This document shows positions 16,657 through 28,199 of a DNA stretch of 34,417 nucleotides, piece by piece. This DNA is from Fonticula alba ATCC 38817 (taxonomy: Eukaryota > Protista > Nucleariida), in the NCBI GenBank assembly GCA_000388065.2, contig KB932214.1; one strand, written 5' to 3'. Under the pieces are notes generated by a model that was not told the origin of the DNA, did not search any database, and was given only the letters and a program-made list of their open reading frames with translations. The position numbers and the translations under genes are program-made. How positions within the stretch are numbered: the stretch's first letter is position 1; each line of letters opens with the position of its first letter.

Positions 16657-17886
16657 TCAGGCAGACTTGCCAATCTTCTGAAGGTGGGTCTGCGTGTCTT
16701 CGAGCTGGGCCTGCTGGGCCTGGAGGGCCTCGCGCTGCGCGGCAAATGCCCGGGCCACCTCCTCCGGCGTGGCATTGGCCAGCTTGCTGAGCGCCATATC
16801 CAGCGACCGGTCGGCCAGGGTGGCCTTCAGCTCGCTCTGGGCGGCCTTGGCCTGGAGGACGGCCTTGTTGATGTCGGCCAGACGGTCCTCCACCTGGTGC
16901 TGTGTGGGGCCCCACACCCGGCGGTCGAGTGAGACACGCACGCGCATGTAAATACAAGAAAGCGTGTCAATGCGCGCGGGCGTGTGATGGGTGTGTGTGC
17001 GTGTGTGGCGGCGGCGGCGGCGAAGAGAGCTGACGGAAGAAAGGCACAGAGAGAGAGGTAGGGGGGGGGGGGCAAGAGGCAGAGAAGAAAGAGGCCGAGC
17101 GAACCTTCATGTCGCTCATCGACTTGTAAACGGCGTTGACGTCCTCGGCGCGGACGGCGTGGTGCTCGAGGGCGCGGATGGCAGCGAACTCATTGCCAAG
17201 GGCGGCGACCGAGCCGGTCAGCTGAGAGAGGCGCAGGCGATCGGCCAGGATGGCGCGGGCAGAGGCGGGGGAGGGAGAGAGAGAGGCAGAGAGGGAGAGG
17301 GAGGTCAGGAGGTGGGGTCGCGTGTGTGTGTGTGTGTGTGCAATGGGTGCCGGGAAAAAACGGACCAGAGCCATGGAAGCCTCCAGCTGGGCGATCTCCT
17401 GCATGGTGGGGGCCGGAGGGGCCGACTCGGCGTAGGCATTGTTGACCAACGTGCCGAAGCCAGCACCAAGGGCGAAGGCGCAAACCCTGACAGGGCAGAC
17501 ACGGTGGACAAAGAAAAAAAAAGTCAGTGGCCAGGCGGCAAGGCACCGGTCGAGCATGGCACAAACTCAGGCCCGAAGACCGGCATATACCAAGAAACGA
17601 AGCCGCCATTGACGAAGCTCTGCGTGCGGGCGAGGACGCCCGTCGCCTTGCCGGCAGACGCGGCCTCCGCCTGGGCGATGACCGGGGTGGTCGACGAGTA
17701 GAGGCGGCGAGCCTGCGCGCGGGCGACTGCCGGGGAGAGGGAGGGGAAACAGGACAATGATCAGCGACGAGCGGACGGAACAACTATCACGGCAGCGGCA
17801 GGGCAGGGGGGGCGAAAGAGAGGGCAGGGAGAAGACCACAGGAGCGGGGGCGGATGCATACCGGCGGAGGAAACGCGGCAAAGCAT
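16657..17886 (-). CDS. Uncharacterised ~213-aa mitochondrial-targeted protein, one predicted TM helix plus coiled coil, 5 exons
   Basis: Exons 17886-17862, 17726-17591, 17486-17366, 17221-17105 and 16899-16657 join in frame with GT-AG. N-terminus MLCRVSSAVARAQARRLYSSTT is presequence-like; hydrophobic GGFVSWVCAFALGAGFGTLV; A/L/Q/E-rich C-terminus. Confidence 0.8.
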
Positions 17887-18185
17887 AGTTGCGCAAAGAG
17901 ACGGAGGCGGCAGGAAGGAGCGGGGGGGGGGGGGCGGGGGGGGAAGGAGGGAGGAGAAGAGAGCTGCCAGCCAGCCCGAGAAGGGCCACCGCCCTCGCGC
18001 CGGGGCGCCAAATAGAGCAGGGCGCCCGTGTACAGGTGCCAACGGACGGGGTGATTCAAAAGCCTCCGCCCACGCCCGGAGCATGGGCCCGGGCGGCAGA
18101 AAATAGCCGAATCTCCTCTCGCACGCGCTTCCACACTGCCACACTCCGCCCGTCTGCTGCATCCTTGCCCCTCCGTCTTCTGAGC
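17887..18185. promoter_or_regulatory. Putative bidirectional promoter (mitochondrial coiled-coil gene / ALKBH1)
   Basis: 299-nt head-to-head interval between ATG 17886(-) and ATG 18186(+). Confidence 0.5.
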
Positions 18186-19779
18186 ATGCCCAGCACCCCT
18201 GCATCTCGGAAACGTCCGGCCGCAGGAGGCCGCCCGCTGGTGGAGGACACCCCGCTGTGGGGTGCCCTCCCGGTGGAGGGGTCGACCCATGCCGCGCCGC
18301 GGACGGACACGGCCTTCCGCCAAGCCGAGCGCCGGCTGAAGCAGGCCCCCCGGGCTGAGCTCCTGGACCCGGGCCTGGCACGCACCCGGCATGGCGTGCA
18401 TGACCCGCACAATTCGGACGACCTGGCGGCCATCATGCGGCGGGCGCCGGGATGCTTTGTGGCGGCTGGCGCCCTGTCAATCGCCGATCAGGCGCGCCTG
18501 GCCCAGTGTGCGGTCGTTAGCTGGACCGGCGGCCGGACCAACTTTTCCTCCCTCACCCTCGGGAGCCTCAAGGCCTTGACCGAGGTGGACTTGCTGGCCG
18601 AGAGCCCGGCCCCGGTGGCCCGGGCTGCCATGATTTCCAACGCAGAAGCCTGCATGGAGCGGTCCTGCTCGCGGCACCACTGCGCAGCGGCCCTCAGCCA
18701 GCGGCACGGGGCTCTGGTCAAGAATCCCCCGGCGGCCAAGGCGCCGGAGTCGGACCCGCGGGCGGCTGCCCTCAAGCTGGTGGACCGGATCACCACTGCC
18801 GAGGGGGCTGCCGCGGGCTGCCCGCCGCGGAGATCGCACCCATGGCGCGAGTTTGCCCTGGCCGGGGGATTTCCTCGCAAGCGCGGCGTCCCGGCGCCGC
18901 CCCTGCGCAAGCTCCGGTGGGCCACCCTTGGGTGGCATTACAATTGGACCAACAAGACCTATGTCGAGGGCGACCATGGGCCGATGCCCGAACTGCTGGC
19001 CTCGCTGGCTCGCGGTGCCATCAGCCAATCGCCGATGGCCGAAGAGGAAGGACGCAAGTGGGTGCCGGAGGCGGCCATCGTGAATTACTACTCACCCGGT
19101 GACAGTCTCACCGGACATGCGGACTTCTCCGAGCAGGCGCCCGAGCAAGCGCCCCTCGTCAGCATCAGGTACGACAGCATGCCTGTCCGTCCCTGCCCAG
19201 GGCAGGGGTCGGTGCTTTGGGTGCTGACACTTCTGTCGCTGGCATGCACAGTCTCGGCTGCTCGGCCATCTTCCTTATTGGAGGCACTTGTCGATCGGTG
19301 GACCCGGTGCCGGTTCTCCTGCGTAGCGGCGACGTTGTCATCCTCAGTGGGCCCTCTCGATTGGCTTTCCATGGTGCGAGACGAATGAGACATGGAACTT
19401 CCACACGCCCATATGTGTGTGAGTGTGTGTGGAGTCATTTATCCTGTGGGGATGCCGAAGGCCATGTTGGTGGTACTAACAAATCATCGATGGGGTGGGG
19501 GGGGGTGATTGGGGGTGGGGGACAAAAGGCGTTCCACGCATCCTGGAGGAGACGACTCCACCAGCATTGCTGACATACCTGGCTGCGCGAGGGGAAGACC
19601 TCTTCGCGGAGGTAGGCCCTGGTGGGCAGCACAAATGTCCTCTTCTTCCTTCGCCGCCGGCGGAGGGGGAGGATTTTCCATCAGCCACCACCGAAGGCCA
19701 GCTGCTGGCCGAGTACATGCGGCAATCGCGATTGAACTTCAGCGTCCGCCAAGTGTTTGCCGCTGCCTCCCCGAAATAA
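18186..19779 (+). CDS. ALKBH1: Fe(II)/2-oxoglutarate dioxygenase AlkB homolog 1
   Basis: LRWATLGWHYNW, PEAAIVNYY..GDSLTGHADFSE (HxD), SLGCSAIFLIGG..LLRSGDVVILSG..AFHGVPRI (distal His), RLNFSVRQV. Introns 19169-19251 and 19374-19528. The start codon choice is inferred. Confidence 0.95.
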
Positions 19780-19780
19780 A
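19775..19780 (+). terminator. AATAAA poly(A) signal overlapping the ALKBH1 TAA stop
   Basis: CCG AAA TAA AG; whether it is used is not shown. Confidence 0.35.
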
Positions 19781-22180
19781 GAATGACCATTGGCATCCCC
19801 CCAATGTGAGCGCCCATCCCTCCCCCCCCTGTGTGCACTGACGCGTGGTCGGATCCTCGGATAGATCCCGCATGCCCTGACACAACCGTGGGCAGCACAC
19901 GCACGGCCGTGGGCAACACACCGACTTTTATGTGGCTATTTATTGTCAAATACAATACTATGGAAAGGTGAATGCACATCCTGCTCGAAAAAACATAACT
20001 ACTTGCTAACTCCTGTAATCAAGGACTTTTCTGTCATATATTCGATGGACTTGTGTATTTATTTATGAACCAGACAAAAGGTATTTCTCTAATATTATGG
20101 ACTTCGTGCTTTTCTCATTGGGCTAGAGTTCATGTTTGAGCCTCGGGGAGCGGGTTTTTGCTTCGGTTCTCGCTTGGCCGGGTCTCAACTCCGGCTTCAA
20201 ACATCGTCCGACTGTGGCAGAAACACAGACGATGGCTCCGATCCAGTTTCGGATGCCAGGCGATCGCGCAGGAACCGCAGGGCGCGATATTCATTGGTGG
20301 GTGCGCTTTATTGGGAGGTGCCCCCGGCTGCGAACAAGACCTTTTGCCCCGGCCTTCCCCTTATTTCCTGCTCGCCCTTGGTTATGGCCCCGCTGCCTGG
20401 CCTGCCGGCAGTGCTGCCCGCCGCGAGTCCGCGCGATCATCGTATGGTGCACTGAGACCCGGTGTCTCCCTTCCACACGCTCAAGGCTTTGCAATGCCAC
20501 CATCCCCTCCTTCAGACGCGGCCTTGGCCAGCGTGCTGTCCTCCTCCGCCGCCGATGAGTGAGTCAGAGCCGGCGCCGGTGTTTCTCGGCCCCCGGCATG
20601 GAGGATCCCTGTGCTCTCATAGGACTGCTCGGCAGTCGGCCCGCCTTCCTTCTCCTCCTCGGTGGGCCCATCCTTCACCCTCAGCACCGCATGGTCCCTC
20701 GAAGGGCAGGCACCCAGAGTCCCCTGTGCTGTACACGCCGGGCCGGCGTCGGGGCAGGCCAAAGATGCGTCTGTCCGGCTCTTTTCTCCTTCGTTGTCGC
20801 CGTGCATCCCTTCTCCCTGCCCATCTTGCACGATGGCCACCGGGACAGGTGCACACCTTCGCGTGGCCCTTCCGCCAGATGATCGTGGCCTGGTCGCCCT
20901 GATGCCTCGGTATGTCCCCCCGTGTCCGAAGTACTCAGTGTCCTTGTGGCTGCAGTACATCTCTCCCTGTGTGCCCTTGCAGCTGCGGGGGCAAGGAGGC
21001 CTGCCTTGGTGTTCCCCCTCGCCCCCCCCCCTTCTCGCCGTGTCGAGCATAGTCTTCTACCACCTGACCACACGTCCACCTGTCTGCGATCTCCGGTCTG
21101 CAACTTCAGCTTGCTCCTGGAGCCACGCCCATGCCGCCAGTGGCCGCACCCTGCCCGCGGATGGCCGGACTCTTTTTCGCCTGCACTCCAGCATCCCACG
21201 CGAGGTCCTCCTGCACCAGGCCGAATTCCCTCTCCACTATGGATCACCGACCGCACGCGGCCAGCCTGCCTCGGTCCCTCGCTCCAGCGGGGGATAAACT
21301 TTCCACTGGCCTGCGCCAATAATTGAATGCCATGCTTGACAAAGGACAAGCCACTCGACAGATGGCTTGGCCGTCGGTTGATGGGTCATGTGGAGCCCCT
21401 CCCTTGGGATCCGGCAGGAGCCCAGCTGAGGTCGCCTCCCCACCGGGAAGGGGGACAACCATTGCCCGGGCACGGGGGAAGCGATGGGGAGGGACAATAA
21501 CATGTGTGTCTAAAGCAACTGTGTATTCCAGGCGCGCAGATGGCGCGCATCCGGCTGTGCCATGAAGAGGAGAGGGATGTGGGTGGGGGGTGCATCGGCA
21601 CGGACTTGCGGGTGGTCTGGTGCGCGCACAGCAGGCTTGAGTGGCTCTGCATGAGGACCCGGAGATGGGGGAGGGGGGGAAATGTACAGGAGGATGTGAA
21701 GGAGGCTGGAGAGAAGAGGAAGAGCGGAGGCAGCCAGGTGCGCGAAAGGGCACCCCCGGAGGATGGGGAAAGACCTCCTCTCTTTCTCCCTCATGCTCAC
21801 ACACCATTTGGGAGGAAAGACGCGGCTTTTTAGAGAGCCGGGGTAACAAGGAAGGGAATATGATACAAGGACGGCGCGTCGGGGAGGGGGGGGGGGGGAG
21901 AGAGAGAGAAAGACACAAGATGAAGAGACGCCCACACACGCAGGGAAGAAAAAAAGTACAGCTTCGGCGCGGGCATAGGCGTGCTGAGAGAGAGAGAGAG
22001 AGAGAGGGAACTGAGGAAAGAACGCGCTTGCGCGTATGCGCAGAGAAATGGAGACGCAAATGTGCGAGGCGGCATTCTCTCGCCTCCTCTCTCCCGCTGG
22101 CTCTTCCCCCGCTTCCAAGCGGTCGCAACGCCACCGCTCGGCCATCCTGCATGGTGGGCGGGCTCCTCTGTGTGGCCGGG

Positions 22181-24915
22181 TTAAATGCGGATCGAGTCGT
22201 CCAGGTCGTCGTCCGAAGAAGGGCACATGTCCTCCTCACGGCTGATCGCCGAGGCGGTTGAATTCGGCAGGAAACTGACGCGGTGATTGGCCGGCGCCAC
22301 GGCCAGCGGCGGGGCCGGCGCCTGAGTGGTTGCCATACTGCCAGTCGGCTGGAACTGGAACGCCGGAAGCATAAAGGAAGCCAGCTGGTCTGGCGCCATG
22401 TCCCCCCCTGGGCGATGGTGCTGCTGGTGCTGCTGATGCTGCTGGTGCTGCTGGTGCTGCTGATGCTGCTGGTGCTGCTGGTGCTGCTGATGCTGCTGAT
22501 GCTGCTGATGCTGCTGGTGCTGCTGGTGCTGCTGAGAGGATGCCGCCATCAGGCACCCGGTCGAGTCGCCGCCCGGGGCCCAGGAGCCCATGACCACGCG
22601 TGTGTGCGTCGGCGGGCCACCTGCAGCACCGGCCGCCATGGGCTGAGGAGCGGGATGGCTGGGCCATGGGGGCGGCAACGTGAGGAAGGGCCAGGAGGAG
22701 GAAGGGAACCCCACAGCAGGGGGCAATGTCCCGGGCAGCGGAGGGGTGCGGCTTTGCCGCAAGGCTCGCGCTCCGGGCGGCGAGGTAGCATTCGCCCCCT
22801 CCGCCGCCGGCCGGAGGGTCGGATCAAAGTAGTCCGGAATGACGTGGGAATCCTCCAAGTCGACGGCCATCGGGCCGCCTGACCAGGCACCGGCCATGGC
22901 GGCTGTGGCGGCGGCCGAGGCACTGGCCATGGCATCGACTGCACCGGCCCCGGTGGTTGTCCTGCGGCCGGGCCATGGTGAGGGGGACGAGGGGGATGAG
23001 GAACTGGATGACCCGGCGACTGAGGAGGATCCGGCAATCGAGGAAGACCCCAGCGCAGACCCGGTGGAGGCAGAGCCCGACGAGGAAGAGAAGCTCGAGT
23101 TGCCCGATGAGCCGGAGGAGAAAGGACTAGAGCTGTCGGAGCCGGTGGCGGTGCTCGAGGAGGACCGCCCGGCCGATCCGTCAGAGCCCGAGGCCGAGGG
23201 GAAGTCCCCCTCGGACCCGGTGGTGGACAACACGGACGAGGACCCGACCATCGGCACCAGTGCGGGCACCCCCCCGCGCGGGGGGGTGGGGTGTACCTCG
23301 GACCGGAGATCGGCCGCCAGGGGAACCGAGCGCAGCAGGGGACCGGGGTTGCCACCGGCACGCGCGGATGCAGACATCTGAGAAGCGGATGCAGACATCT
23401 GAGAAGCGGATGTGGGCGGCTGATGGTGCTGCTGGTGTGATGGGGGTGGTGGGGGCGGCGGTTGGGCAGGCATGGTCGACAAGGCGCCAGCCGCCGAGAC
23501 CAGCACATCAAGAGGCGAGGTGACCGGGTCGGCGCCGCCACTTTCGAGTTCCATCGGGGCGGTGGCCCCGGACGATGCCGGGTCCTGAGTGGTAACAGCC
23601 AGGCTGTCGGCGCCGGTGCCGGTGCCCGCCGGCAGAGTGGCCACCGGAGACGCGGCATTCAGCAACTGAGCAAGGCACGTGCGAACTTGCGAGCCGCTGG
23701 CGCCCGGGCCGCCCGGGCCACTTGGACCGCCTGGGCCAGCCGGGCTGTTGCTGCCACCGCCAGTCGCAGTGGCACCGGCCACCGGCCGCAGGGAAGGATG
23801 TGTCGTGGCAGTGGAGGCCGGGTTTGGGCCCTGTGCCGGGGTGGTGGAAGATCCGGCTGGGCCGCCGGCTGTGGCCGCGGTCGACACGACGCCCGTCATG
23901 GAATCCCCAGCTCCGCCGGTCTTGAGCATGAATCGACTGTGAAGGTCCTTCAGGGTGGCATCGGCTGGCTGGGCGTAATTCAGGAGAACCAGCGTCGAGG
24001 AGTGGTTGGTCGGCTGGGTGGTGGTCGTGCTTGGGTTTTCGGAGGACTGCTGCACCGCGACCACCAATTTGTCGTGGTAAAAATGCAAGCGCCAGATGAA
24101 TTCAACGTCATTGCTTTCACCCTCGATGATGTTGTGCAGGAATTGCCCGGTCTTCACGTCCCAGGCCTGGGAGAGCCGGAGAGAAAGCCGCAAGGGGCAG
24201 AAGTGGAGACAGGGACGGAGAGGGAGGGAAGTCAGCAAGTGAGTTGCAATGCGATTGCAGGGAAGCAGCCAGGGGGGGGGGGGGGGGGGGNNNNNNNNNN
24301 NNNNNNNNNNNNNNNNNNNNNNNNNNNNNNNNNNNNNNNNNNNNNNNNNNNNNNNNNCATGCCAGCCCCCCCCCCCCCCTCCAGGGGTGATGGGGATGGC
24401 CATGGTGGCCAAGACACGAAGGGGCATATCTGGGAAGAGGGACGGGGAGAGGGAGACACTGTGTACCTTGAGGAAGCCATCCTCCGAGCCGGAGACAATG
24501 CGATCACCATCGAACTGCAGGCAGGTGATGGATCGCCGGTGAGCATTGGGATTGGTGCTGCTGTCCAGCGAGTAACGACGACTGGATTAATTAGATCGCG
24601 AACAGGCAGGGTTCCCGAAGAACAGCTTACGACTCTGGTACCTATAGCCGTCGCGAAGAGCAGGGTACATTGTATATATAGAGTCGAACACATGCAAACA
24701 GGTCCCGTCTAGGGGATTCCACACGCGAATGGTGGAGTCCTGCGAGCCGGATACCGCGCGTTTGCCGTCGAAAGCCAGCGAGTAGATGCGGTCCGTATGG
24801 CCAGTCATGGTGGCTGGGCAAGGGGTGGGAGGGGGGGGGGTCGAGGAAGACCCCATTTGGTGGTTGGTGGTTGTGGGGTTTTTTGTTGATTGGGGGTTTG
24901 GGGTGGGGTTGGGTG

Positions 24916-24967
<52 letters not shown>

Positions 24968-27203
24968 TCCGCCGACAGGGGAAGGAAGCCCAGGGGGCCT
25001 TTGGTTAGAGGGAGAAGGGGGATCGGCAGAGGGGAAATGCAAATACATGCAGCGACAGGCAGCTGGAGCAGGGGAACACCTCGGCCCCCCTGGGGGGGCC
25101 GAGGAGAGAAGGCCAGGAGGACGGTGTGGGGATCATTGGAGGAAACGAAGCACGGGCACATGCCACACATGCGCACGCAAAGACGTCGGCACACGTACCA
25201 ATGGGCCGTCCATTGACAAAATCCCACGACCGGACCGTGGTGTCGTACGAGCCGGATACGGCCACCTTGCCGGCTGCCTCGACACAGCGCACAGACTCCA
25301 GGTGTCTATGATGAGAGGATGCCCATCCTCCCCCCCGGGAGCGAGGAAAGGGCGATCGGGAAGGGCGGAGGGAGAGGGGAGCACAAAGATGAGCCGGGCA
25401 GTTTGGGTATGGCGGCGGGGGAAAAAGAGGGACAGGGTCCCGAGACGGTGCCCGGGAGGAGAACAAGATGCGGCAAGAACGCACCCCTTCAGAACGTGGA
25501 GCTGCTGGCCATCGTCCAGGCTCCATACGCGGAGGGTGTGGTCGCGCGAGCCACTGATGATGTGCCGGCCGATGACGCGCAGACACCGGACGGTCGACGT
25601 GTGGCCGGTCAAGGTGAAGAGGCAGATCTTACGCCGGAGGCACCAGACACGGAGTTTGCGATCGGTGGCCCCGGTCACCAGGAGGTCGCCCACGCGCTGG
25701 AGCGACCACACGCCGCCCTCATGCGAGTCGAAGGTGGCCACGGGCTCGGAAGTGCGCGAGCACCACACCTTGACCGACCGGTCATCCGACCCGGCGATGA
25801 TGTACGACTCGTCGATGTGCAGGCAAGTGATGACCGACTGGGTCTTGGGGCTGAGCTTCTGCGCTTGGAAGTTGCCGGTCAGCCAGTTTTCCGAGATCAG
25901 CGACAGGTAGACGAAGTATTCGCGCCAGAAGGCGAACTTGTTCTTGTCGGTGCGCTCCAGCAGCTCGCGCGGAACGAGCCCCTCATTACGGATGAGGCTT
26001 TCCCAATAGTAGTCCAGTGACTCGATGAGGCGCCGCCAGGAGGGGCTGGCATAGGGCAAGGCCACCAGGGTGCGCGGCTCGATCATGGAGAAGATCTTGA
26101 GGGCGATCTCGGGCGGCAGGGCCGTGATGAGGTCGCGCTGTGGCCCCATGGGGGCGTGGTGGGGAGGAAGGAAGACCATGTGTCAGAGGAGGGGGGGAGG
26201 GGGGGGGGACTTACAAGCGCCGGCTGGCCGGCTGGCGAGGAGGTGAGCCACCGAACAGGCGGGGCCCAAACATGCGAACACACCTTCTGGTAGGGATGCA
26301 GTGCCGTGGTGATCACCTGTCGCTGGGCTGGCTGGCAGTGGTCGATCAGCGACCGGAGGGCGATGCTCCGGACCAGGTCATCGGACAGTGAGTGGAAAAA
26401 ATTCAGGAACGACTGGACCTGGGCTTGGACTTGTGGCATGGAGTCCATGTTGTCCAAGATGTCCACGCCACCGCCGACCGCCCTCGGGAGAGAGGGCCCG
26501 CCCTGGCGGCCATCCTGCAGGAGGTAATGCAGCTGTGTTTCCGAGGTTAAGCGCAGATCCGACACCGAGGAGGAGGAGGTCCGGGGCGAGACTGGCGATG
26601 CGGGGCGAACAACTGCTTGCCAGGTGGGGGGGGAGAGAGAGAAAGAAGGGGAGAAAGAAGGAGAGAAAGAAGGAGAGAAAGAGATCAGTGGCGAGGGAGG
26701 GGTGAGTGAGGGTGCGGCGAATGGTGAAGAGAGACGCAGATGGTGGGAAGGGGCTCTGAGAGGGATCGAAAGAAAGGGGCAGAAGCAGGGGGAGAAGGGA
26801 AAGACGCACTGGCTGATCCGGCGAAGCGCTGCTGCGTGGCACTGGAGGCGCTAGCCGGGGCAGATGGCTGGACCCCGGTGGGGGCACCCCCGCCGGGCGA
26901 CTCGTGAGTCCGCTGGAATTGGAACGGCGGAGACAGGGTCCCAAGGGGCGGCGTGGTGGCCGTCGTGCGAGCTGCCTCATACTGGTAGGAAGTGTCCATC
27001 TCGAAGTCGTGGTGGTGGTGGTGGTGGTGGTGGTGATGGAGGAGGTGGACCGGGGCCGAGGAGGCGGCCGTGGCTGTCGCGGCCGCCGTGGTCACCGTCG
27101 GAGGGGTGGCGCTGCCGCGGGTGGCGCTGGTCGAGGGGGGCTGAGGAGTTGGAAGAGGAGGCCGAGGGACGAAGCCGTCAATGAGGTGGTTCTCTCCCGC
27201 CAT
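22181..27203 (-). CDS. FBXW7: F-box/WD40 SCF substrate receptor FBXW7/Cdc4 with a long low-complexity C-terminal extension
   Basis: D-domain LNFFHSLSDDLVRSIALRSLIDHCQPAQ; F-box RDLITALPPEIALKIFSMI; WD repeats HEGGVWSL, GHTSTVRC, SGSRDHT, ESVRCV, GHTDRIYSL, SITCLQF, IWRL. All three phosphodegron-binding arginines (human R465/R479/R505 equivalents) are present. ATG 27203 is inferred. Confidence 0.93.
22418..22534 (-). repeat. 9-bp coding repeat (QQH) x13 in the FBXW7 tail
   Basis: (G/A)TGCTGCTG x13 on the + strand, partly with a 27-bp higher-order period. Confidence 0.95.
23364..23412 (-). repeat. 21-bp coding tandem duplication (ASQMSAS) in the FBXW7 tail
   Basis: GCGGATGCAGACATCTGAGAA x2 plus a partial copy. 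Confidence 0.9.
24291..24357. other. Assembly gap (67 N) within an FBXW7 intron
   Basis: N run between a poly-G tract and a nearby poly-C tract. Confidence 1.
24917..24965. repeat. 49-nt poly-G (poly-C on the FBXW7 sense strand), intronic
   Basis: Read directly. Confidence 0.95.
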
Positions 27204-28129
27204 TGGTGCGACGAGAGGCTCAATGACTAGCGGGCTTGGTAGCTCTTCGAGGTGGTCTATGTGCGTGCAAGAGAGAGAGAGAGAGATAGGGGGAAGGGAG
27301 GGAGAGCATGAGGCAAACAATTAAGCCCGGCGGGGGCGGAGGAAGGAGGGACGCGTGAAAGCGACCGGTGTGAGCAAGCCATAGGGAACCGGCAGCGAGG
27401 GAGGAGGAGAGGGCGCACCGGAGGAGGGCTCTATAGCAGGCTGAGAGGCGGTGGGGGGGGGATGGTCCGAGAGGGAGGGGGAGGAGAAGGAGGAACTTCT
27501 GTCGATGAGGGGTGACGAGTGACGCCGGCGCTTGGATGGGAGCTTATGCGAAGAGAAGCGCCGCATAGCAGAAATCCCCCTGCATGCGAGCCAAGGCGGT
27601 TAGCAGGAGAGTTCGAGAGCGGGATGGACAAGAGGGAGGTGCGAGAAGGGGCAGCCGGGGGGGGGGGGGGCGCCGGCGCGTACGAGGTGATCAAACAAGG
27701 TCTAAGTCGATGGGGAGAAAGCCGAGATGTTCATAGAGACGGCGTGGACTTCGCGGTAGGGGAAGGATATGCTGGGGAGGAGTAGGGGGAGGGGTGGGGG
27801 TGGGGAGAGGGAAGTGGGGGGGGGGAGAGGGGCAATGGGGCAAGTCGCGATCGGGCCCAGGGAAGAGCAGGGGTGTCGGGGCAGCGATCAAGCGAACAGA
27901 GGGGGCGCAGGGGAAAGAAGGAGGGGGGGGGGGCGGAGATCTGTGCGGAGCTTGTGCATCCAGCCTGATCCGGGGCCCCAGCAGTTGAGATTGATCAACG
28001 AACCTGGATGTGTGTGGCCCTCTCCCTTGGCCGGTGGGTGCGCCCGAGAGGGACTCCGTGCCGGGGCTGGGACTGGGCGCGCACCTACATGCGCAAGACA
28101 AGCAGTGCCTCCATCACCGGAGGGGGGGG

Positions 28130-28199
28130 NNNNNNNNNNNNNNNNNNNNNNNNNNNNNNNNNNNNNNNNNNNNNNNNNNNNNNNNNNNNNNNNNNNNNN
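28130..28199. other. Assembly gap (70 N)
   Basis: N run flanked by poly-G. Confidence 1.

Noticed and set aside
27000-27120. Self-phosphodegron (TPPxS/T) in the FBXW7 N-terminus
   Set aside because: The TPP motifs (ATPPTV, TTPPLG) lack S/T/E at +4, so they do not fit the Cdc4 phosphodegron consensus.
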